Shown: positions 57,600 through 64,000 of the stretch, in pieces
Layout: every line of letters begins with the position of its first letter
How positions within the stretch are numbered: the stretch's first letter is position 1
Origin: Candidatus Bathyarchaeota archaeon
GTDB taxonomy: Archaea > Thermoproteota > Bathyarchaeia > TCS64
NCBI GenBank assembly: GCA_043826455.1
Contig: JBDRQD010000021.1
Coordinates: 10,181 to 74,180, forward strand
Length of the DNA: 64,000 nt
Direction: 5' to 3'
Position numbers and translations under genes: made by a program
The notes under the pieces: model-generated
Told to the model about the DNA's origin: nothing
Databases searched by the model: none
The model's input: only the letters and a program-made list of their open reading frames with translations

Positions 57600-58450
57600 G
57601 TTAACCTTCTCTCATGGTACCTTTCCAGGGTCTCCCAGACCGCGTACTTCTTCACGAACTCGTAGAACTGGGCTGGGAAGGGCCTCTTCAGTCCGCCCAG
57701 CGCCGTTAGGAGGTGGGCTAGAAACATGGATAGGCCTCCGATTATCCATGGGCTGTGCTTTGCGTAGACTATGGATATGAGGAAGGTGTGCCAGCTTGGG
57801 AACCCCATGTAGTACCGGGACCTACCTGAGAGTATCCATCGCCTGAGGCTTCCTCTTCTCCATGTTCTGAGCTGCGTGTACCTGATCTCCGGGTACGACT
57901 CCACGGCCCACCTGAAACGTTTGGCCTGGAGGAGGGCGATGGTGTCGAAGGCGTTGCATGGGACGAAGTGTTTTATGTCGTCCCAGCACCTTCGGCGGTA
58001 GACCTTGGCGCCGTCGGACGCTCTCCCCCTCCACACCTTCTCGTCCTGGGGCGTCCCGCTTGTCAGCCCTAGCCGGGGGTTCTCCTTGAACCTGTCTACG
58101 AGGCTTGTGAAGTAGTCGGGGGGGAGGACGCTGTCCGCGTCCACCTTCAGGAGGTAATCCCAGTCGGGTACAAGCTCCGTCGCCTTTTTTATGCCGGCGT
58201 TGAGGGCCCAGGCTAGGTTGACTCCCCTGGTTTGGTGTCGGGGGTTCTCCAGTCTGACCACCTCGATGTCTTTGAACTGCTCTAGTATCTCGGGGGTCTT
58301 GTCGGTTGAGCCGTCGTCCACGATGACGTACGCTGCCGGCGGAGGGCTCTGGGAGAGGACGCCCCGGATGGTCTCGGCTATGAGTTTTTCTTCGTTTCTT
58401 CCGCTCGTAAGGGCCACGTACCGCAGTTCTGTCCTCTCCACGAAACACAT
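57596..58450 (-). CDS. GT2 glycosyltransferase
   Basis: RNEE, VDDGSTD.T, DAD. Confidence 0.9.
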   Translation of the reverse strand: MCFVERTELRYVALTSGRNEEKLIAETIRGVLSQSPPPAAYVIVDDGSTDKTPEILEQFKDIEVVRLENPRHQTRGVNLAWALNAGIKKATELVPDWDYLLKVDADSVLPPDYFTSLVDRFKENPRLGLTSGTPQDEKVWRGRASDGAKVYRRRCWDDIKHFVPCNAFDTIALLQAKRFRWAVESYPEIRYTQLRTWRRGSLRRWILSGRSRYYMGFPSWHTFLISIVYAKHSPWIIGGLSMFLAHLLTALGGLKRPFPAQFYEFVKKYAVWETLERYHERRLT

Positions 58451-58552
58451 TAACAGCCCTCGGGGGCAGTTATATGATTTACCGGCTTTTTCGTGTCATA
58501 CTGAACATTTTATTAACCCAGGCATGGAGTGTTTGTTAACCGGGTGATCGAT

Positions 58553-60376
58553 TTGTGTGGCATTTTCGGATGCATTATCAGGGAAGGTCGGGCCGTTAAG
58601 CTCATCACGGATGGTTTGAAGCGTCTCGAGTACCGCGGATACGACAGCATAGGAGTCGCCGTGATCAAGGACGGCCAGCTTCAGGTGCGGAAGGACATGG
58701 GGAAGCTGGAGGAGGTGGTGGCCTCTCTAAGGATCAACGAGATGGAGGGCGCCTTGGGCATGGGTCACACGCGGTGGGCGACCCACGGGGCGCCCAGCAT
58801 GGTGAACGCTCATCCTCACCTGGACGGCTCTGGCCGGATAGCATTGGTGCATAACGGGGTCATCGAGAACTATATGGAGCTTAAGGAGGAGCTTATGGAG
58901 AAGGGCCACAACTTCGTCTCCAGGACCGACACCGAGGTCATTCCCCACTTGATCGAGGAGGAGCTGAAGTCGGATGTGGGTCTTAAAGGCGCTATTCTTA
59001 GGGTGCTGAGGCGGCTTAAGGGGTCCTACGCCATCGTGGTGGTCACCAGCTTGGATGCTGACAGGATATATTGTGCTCGATATGAGAGCCCCCTGGTGAT
59101 AGGGGTCTCGGACACTGGAACCTACTGTGCCTCGGATGTGCCTGCTATCCTTCCCTACACTAACAAGGTGAACTACTTGAGGAACGGGGAGATGGCTGTC
59201 CTGAGCCTTGAGGGCTACGAGATCGTCAAGATATCGGATGGTTCTCTGGTGGATCGGGGCCTGGAGGAGATCCAGTGGAGCATCGAGATGGCCGAGAAGC
59301 AGGGGTACCCCCACTTCATGCTGAAGGAGATATATGAGCAGCCTGACAGCCTTAGGAACGGGCTGCGCCTCCAGGAGCAGTACGTGAACCTGCTCACCCA
59401 GTTCCTTGACCGGGGTAAGGAGGTCTACCTTACGGCGGCGGGCACCAGTTACCACTCCTGCCTTGCGGCCAGCTACGTGTTCTCCAAGCTTTCGCGTCTT
59501 ACTACTAATCCGGTGGTCTCCTCCGAGTTGACTGAGAGGTACGGCTCGACTGTGGGCATAGACTCCATTGTGCTCGCCATCAGCCAGTCGGGTGAGACCT
59601 ACGACACGTTGAAGGCCATTGACCACGCCAGGATGAGGGCTGCCACTGTGCTGGGGATCACCAACACGGTGGGCTCGACGCTGACCAGGGTGTCCAGGGC
59701 TTACATTATTCAGCAGTCCGGCCCCGAGATCGGGGTGGCCGCAACTAAGACCTTCACGTCGCAGGTGCTGGTTCTTGCGCAGCTGGCTTTGAGGCTGGCG
59801 AAGCAGAGGGGTAAGCTGAGCCAGGACGAGCTGGATGAGCTTGAGGCCGACATCAAGAAGGTGCCTGACTGGGTGCAGGAGACCCTGGACATGTGCTCGG
59901 AGAAGACCAAGGCGCTTGCGGAGAAGTACTTGGATGACAAGCTGTTCCTGTTCCTGGGGCGGGGTGTGAGCTCCGCCACAGCCCTGGAGGGGAGGCTTAA
60001 GCTGCTGGAGATAACCTACGTGCCAGCTCTCGCGTACCCTGCTGGGGAGAGCAAGCACGGCCCCATAAGCATCATAGAGGACGGCGTGACCTGTGTCTTC
60101 ATCTGCCCCCGGGGGGACACCCACAGTCATATAATTGGCAGCATTATGGAGATGAAGGCCAGGGGCGCCAGGATACTGGCCATCTGCGAGGAGGGGGACG
60201 AGGAGATTAAGCGGCTGTCAGATGACTTCGTGGAGATGCCTAGGGGCATCCCTGAGGCTCTGAGCCCCATCCCGTACGTCGTCCCCATGCAGCTGATCGC
60301 GTACCATCTGGCCGTATTGAAGGGCTTGGACCCGGACATGCCCAGGAACCTGGCGAAGAGTGTGACGGTTCCCTAG
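58553..60376 (+). CDS. glmS: Glutamine--fructose-6-phosphate aminotransferase
   Basis: MCGIFG, EYRGYDS, HTRWATHG, SQSGET, PRNLAKSVT. Confidence 0.98.
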   Translation: MCGIFGCIIREGRAVKLITDGLKRLEYRGYDSIGVAVIKDGQLQVRKDMGKLEEVVASLRINEMEGALGMGHTRWATHGAPSMVNAHPHLDGSGRIALVHNGVIENYMELKEELMEKGHNFVSRTDTEVIPHLIEEELKSDVGLKGAILRVLRRLKGSYAIVVVTSLDADRIYCARYESPLVIGVSDTGTYCASDVPAILPYTNKVNYLRNGEMAVLSLEGYEIVKISDGSLVDRGLEEIQWSIEMAEKQGYPHFMLKEIYEQPDSLRNGLRLQEQYVNLLTQFLDRGKEVYLTAAGTSYHSCLAASYVFSKLSRLTTNPVVSSELTERYGSTVGIDSIVLAISQSGETYDTLKAIDHARMRAATVLGITNTVGSTLTRVSRAYIIQQSGPEIGVAATKTFTSQVLVLAQLALRLAKQRGKLSQDELDELEADIKKVPDWVQETLDMCSEKTKALAEKYLDDKLFLFLGRGVSSATALEGRLKLLEITYVPALAYPAGESKHGPISIIEDGVTCVFICPRGDTHSHIIGSIMEMKARGARILAICEEGDEEIKRLSDDFVEMPRGIPEALSPIPYVVPMQLIAYHLAVLKGLDPDMPRNLAKSVTVP

Positions 60377-60416
60377 ACTGAAAAGGCTTAAGGGAGCCTA
60401 CATTTCTCTTACTTTG

Positions 60417-61628
60417 ATGAGTTTGCTCGACGTTAAACGTGTTCGTAAAGATTTTCCTATTCTCAACGAGGGTGTGATCTATCTTGACAGCGCAGCCAGC
60501 AGTCTGACCCCTGAGCAGGTGGTGCTCAAGGAGATGGAGTTCTACAGGCATTACAGGGCGAACGTGGAGCGCGGTGTTCACAGGTTCAGCCAGAAGGCCA
60601 GCGAGGAGTATGAGCACGCCCACCAGGAGGTGGCCCGGTTCATAGGGGCACCGGGCCCGGAGAATGTGGCTATGCTGCGGAACACCACCGAGGGCATCAA
60701 CCTTGTGGCTAACAGCCTCGACTGGAGCAAGAAGGATAAGATAGTGACCACGGTCATTGAGCATCACTCCAACTTCATAACCTGGCTGAGGGTCGGTAAG
60801 AGGTATGGCACCAAGATCGAGGTGGTCAAGTCCGATACTTCAGGTGTCTTCGATCTTGGAGACTTCGAGAAGGCCGTCGATGACAGGACGAAGCTGGTGG
60901 CGGTGACCCACGTCTCCAACGTCTTGGGGTGCATCGTTCCCATTAAGGAGATATGTGAGATCGCTCACAGCCACGGCGCCAGGATGCTGGTGGACGGGGC
61001 CCAGGGCGTGCCTCATATCAAGACGGACGTAGGGGACTCCGGCGTGGACTTTTTGGCTTTCTCGGGCCACAAGATGCTGGGGCCCACCGGCTCGGGCGGC
61101 CTCTACATATCGGATGCTGAGCTGGCATCCACGGAGCCTCTATGCATAGGCGGGGGTACCATTGCCGATGTGAGCATAGATGATTATGTGTTGGCTGTGC
61201 CGCCCATGAAGTTCGAGGCTGGGACCCCCGCCATCGCTCAGGTCATCGGGCTGGGCGAGGCGTGCAGGTACTTGAACAGGGTGGGCATGGGTAACGTGGA
61301 GGCTTGGGACCTGAAGCTGGCGAACCGGCTGATAGACGGTTTGACCGGGATCGACGGGGTTGAGGTCTACGGCCCCCTGGACCCTAAGCAGCGGGTCGGG
61401 TTGGCCACCTTCAACGTAGGGGACATGAATCCTCATGACGTTGCCCTCACGTTGGACGTTGAGCACGGCATCGCCGTGAGGTCGGGGCACCACTGCGCGC
61501 TGCCGCTCATGAAGGAGCTGTTCAAGTTGAACGAGGGTAACGCCCGGGCGTCCACGTACATCTACAACACGGTGGAGGAGATCGACGCCCTCGTGGCGGC
61601 CGTCGAGGACATAGCCCGGGACAGGTGA
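60417..61628 (+). CDS. sufS: Cysteine desulfurase, SufS type
   Basis: YLDSAAS, EHHSN, DGAQ, SGHKM, RSGHHCA. Confidence 0.93.
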   Translation: MSLLDVKRVRKDFPILNEGVIYLDSAASSLTPEQVVLKEMEFYRHYRANVERGVHRFSQKASEEYEHAHQEVARFIGAPGPENVAMLRNTTEGINLVANSLDWSKKDKIVTTVIEHHSNFITWLRVGKRYGTKIEVVKSDTSGVFDLGDFEKAVDDRTKLVAVTHVSNVLGCIVPIKEICEIAHSHGARMLVDGAQGVPHIKTDVGDSGVDFLAFSGHKMLGPTGSGGLYISDAELASTEPLCIGGGTIADVSIDDYVLAVPPMKFEAGTPAIAQVIGLGEACRYLNRVGMGNVEAWDLKLANRLIDGLTGIDGVEVYGPLDPKQRVGLATFNVGDMNPHDVALTLDVEHGIAVRSGHHCALPLMKELFKLNEGNARASTYIYNTVEEIDALVAAVEDIARDR

Positions 61629-61912
61629 CCCATTTAAATTGTTCTTAGAATTTCACTTTATCTGCTTCATCTGAGGTTTCGATTCATAAACCATCTTGGA
61701 ATGAGTCCTCCGCCTGCCAACTAAATGAAATTTGAAATTTCGCTGAGTCATATCTGATTGTTGACGTTGAGCTACGTCATCGATGTTCCAGAGAACTAGA
61801 TTCTCTTCCATAACCTTATCCTAATTAATCTAACAATCTACAGGCATTTTTAAGTAAATTTTATCTACCATTTAGGGTGATTAAACGTTCAAAGGTTCTG
61901 GAGGATTGAAAA

Positions 61913-63373
61913 GTGGTTAGAGAACTGAAAGAGGAGACACTCGACCCTGAAGACTGGGATGAGTTAAAAAAGTTAGGTCACAGAATGCTCGAAGATGCGT
62001 TAAATCATCTTCAGAACATACGAGACTTTCCAAACTTACAGCAGACCGATGACGAGTTGCAGAAGCTACTTGTACCTCTATCAGAAAAAGGCGAAGGAGA
62101 AGAACGAGTATATAACTTGGTAGCAGAGAATCTAATTCCCCACCATGTCAGTATGAGCAGACCTCAGTTTTGGGGGTATGTGGCAGGAACCGGCTCCCCT
62201 TATGGAGTCCTCGTGGACATGCTTCTCACTAGTAGAAACTCTGGTGGGGCAACTTGGGGAGATGTTCCAGTCTGGCTACAAGCTCAAAGTTGGATTAAAG
62301 AACTCCTCGAAGTGCCTAAAGAATACAGTGGGGTATTCGTTGCCGGTGGCTCAGAGGCAAACTATACAGGATTAGCCGTAGCTCGGAACGCCAAAGCGGA
62401 GGTCAACATGAAGACAAAAGGCATGCAGAACGTAGAACGGAAAATGGTTCTCTACGGCAGCGAAGAGATACATCACTGCTTGGAACGCTCAGTGGAACTC
62501 CTAGGTTTCGGAAGTGAAGCTCTCAGATGGATTCCTGTTGATGATGAATACAGCATCAAGCTGAACGACCTGAAAAAGGCAATAAAAGCAGATAAAAAAC
62601 AGGGATTGCATCCCTTCTGTGTTGTTGGATGTGCCGGGACAGTTAACACCGGTGCCTTTGACGACCTAAACGCCTTAGCTGACATATGTAAGCGTGAAGA
62701 CATGTGGCTGCATGTTGATGGTGCATTCGGTGCATGGGTGAAGCTCTCAGAGACTCACAAGCACCTGGCTGACGGGCTGGAGAGGGCTGACTCTATCGCT
62801 ATTGATCTTCACAAATGGATGAACATGCCTTACCCTATTGGTTTCACTATGATCAAGGATAAGGTAGCTCACTACAGCACCTTTGTGTATGGTCATGAGG
62901 CGAAGTATCTCGACACAATGCTTGGTAGTCTAGACTTGGAGAAATTAAATGTAATTTCTTCTCTGGCTCTGTCAAGGGAGAACTATGGTTTGAAGGCGTA
63001 CATGCTTCTCAGAGCTTATGGCAAAGAAAGGTACCGTAGACTTGTTCAGCAGAACATCGACCAGATCAAGTATCTTGCGGGACTCCTAGAAAAGGAGCCG
63101 AACATTGAGCTAACTGCTCCAGTTGTCTCGAACATCGTCTGTTTCAGGTATAACCCGGGGGGATTGTCTGAGGAACAGTTAGAGAAGCTGAACAGGGCGA
63201 TTCTTGGGGAGCTATGGAAGATCGTCATGTGGATGATATCTGACACCACTCTACATGGCAGATACACTCTGCGGGCATGCAATATAAACAACAGAAGCCG
63301 CAGAGAGGACTTTGACTTCCTCGTGGAAGAGATAAAGAAGATTGGGGCAAAGTGCGTTAAGGAATTAAGTTAG
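61913..63373 (+). CDS. Group II PLP-dependent (aromatic amino acid-type) decarboxylase
   Basis: GGSEAN, AGTVNTGAFD, HVDGAFG, DLHKW, NIVCFRY. Confidence 0.93.
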   Translation: MVRELKEETLDPEDWDELKKLGHRMLEDALNHLQNIRDFPNLQQTDDELQKLLVPLSEKGEGEERVYNLVAENLIPHHVSMSRPQFWGYVAGTGSPYGVLVDMLLTSRNSGGATWGDVPVWLQAQSWIKELLEVPKEYSGVFVAGGSEANYTGLAVARNAKAEVNMKTKGMQNVERKMVLYGSEEIHHCLERSVELLGFGSEALRWIPVDDEYSIKLNDLKKAIKADKKQGLHPFCVVGCAGTVNTGAFDDLNALADICKREDMWLHVDGAFGAWVKLSETHKHLADGLERADSIAIDLHKWMNMPYPIGFTMIKDKVAHYSTFVYGHEAKYLDTMLGSLDLEKLNVISSLALSRENYGLKAYMLLRAYGKERYRRLVQQNIDQIKYLAGLLEKEPNIELTAPVVSNIVCFRYNPGGLSEEQLEKLNRAILGELWKIVMWMISDTTLHGRYTLRACNINNRSRREDFDFLVEEIKKIGAKCVKELS

Positions 63374-63762
63374 TGACACATTTTCTCCTAATACTCTTCT
63401 TTTTTCAAATAACAGAAATTGTTATTGGTTGAGTTGAATTCTAGGCTTCCACGTAACAAAGCATGAGTCATGCACGCCACAAGCTAATCGAGAGGAGGAA
63501 TAGGCACAGCCTGAACGACCCCTAACCGCACCGATCCAGCATCAACCCGGAAACCCGCCAACTCAAGGCCCACCCCACCCAAGACAAACCCACCGAAAAG
63601 ACAGAGAAGAACCCATCAGCGCCATAAAACCACAACCACAGCATCAGCACCCCACAACCCAGCCAAGAAAAAACAAACCCCCCAACACCAAACACGCCCC
63701 AGGCGACCCCAGACCAAACCCGGCGAACGACGGAAAACCGGCGACCACCGCCAACCACCGCC

Positions 63763-63867
63763 AACCACCACCACCGCCAAACAACCCCAAAAAAGCCTCC
63801 AAAACAAAAAACAACCCTGAAAACCGGGAACCGCGGTGGCGGTGATGGGACCCCCCCTCCCCCCCAC
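63763..63867. repeat. Intergenic repeat family 1, copy B
   Basis: 99/105 identical to 15379-15483. Confidence 0.95.
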
Positions 63868-64000
63868 CCACACACACACAGGATAATCCAACAACACACT
63901 ATAAAACAAACATACCCAGCCACCAACAACCCACCCAACCATTCACACATCCATCACCGAACACACCCAAAAATGGACAATCACCATGGAAGCAGCAGAC

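Noticed and set aside
58727..60130. 467-aa antisense ORF
   Set aside because: Shadow of glmS caused by codon bias in GC-rich DNA
63700..63780. Short tandem ccaccgccaa units as a CRISPR array
   Set aside because: Units are about 10 bp with no unique spacers, and there are no cas genes
15379..63867. Direct repeats as attL/attR of a 48-kb integrated element
   Set aside because: The interval holds core genes (rps17e, psmB, tRNAs, glmS), there is no integrase, and the repeat does not duplicate a tRNA 3' end

Overview
A gene-dense, GC-rich archaeal chromosome segment, most consistent with a TACK-group archaeon and probably Bathyarchaeia. This is inferred from eS17, eS30, an arcadin-1-like protein, UPF0147, XPB/DUF790, Nob1 and a proteasome beta subunit. 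It holds about 75 CDSs, mostly housekeeping, redox, Fe-S and glycosylation genes, plus three intron-less tRNAs (Val-GAC, Phe-GAA, Ala-CGC). I saw no CRISPR array, transposase or integrase. Highlights: (1) An apparent cold-shock translation operon, Csp - eS30 - DEAD-box helicase. eS30 is missing from the ORF track and overlaps the Csp stop (TAATG). (2) Four co-oriented, modular non-coding elements at about 15.4, 25.1, 52.5 and 63.8 kb, two of them directly 3' of tRNAs. Each lies in a zone of plus-strand A/C enrichment that extends into neighbouring genes on either strand. (3) Several apparently rewired enzymes: a Bax1/DUF790 lacking nuclease motifs, a proline-racemase homolog with an altered catalytic pair, a His-less pseudokinase and a Thr1-less proteasome beta subunit. 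(4) Small unannotated ORFs, including a Cys-rich peptide coupled to iscU. All assignments come from motif recognition by eye; no database searches were run.
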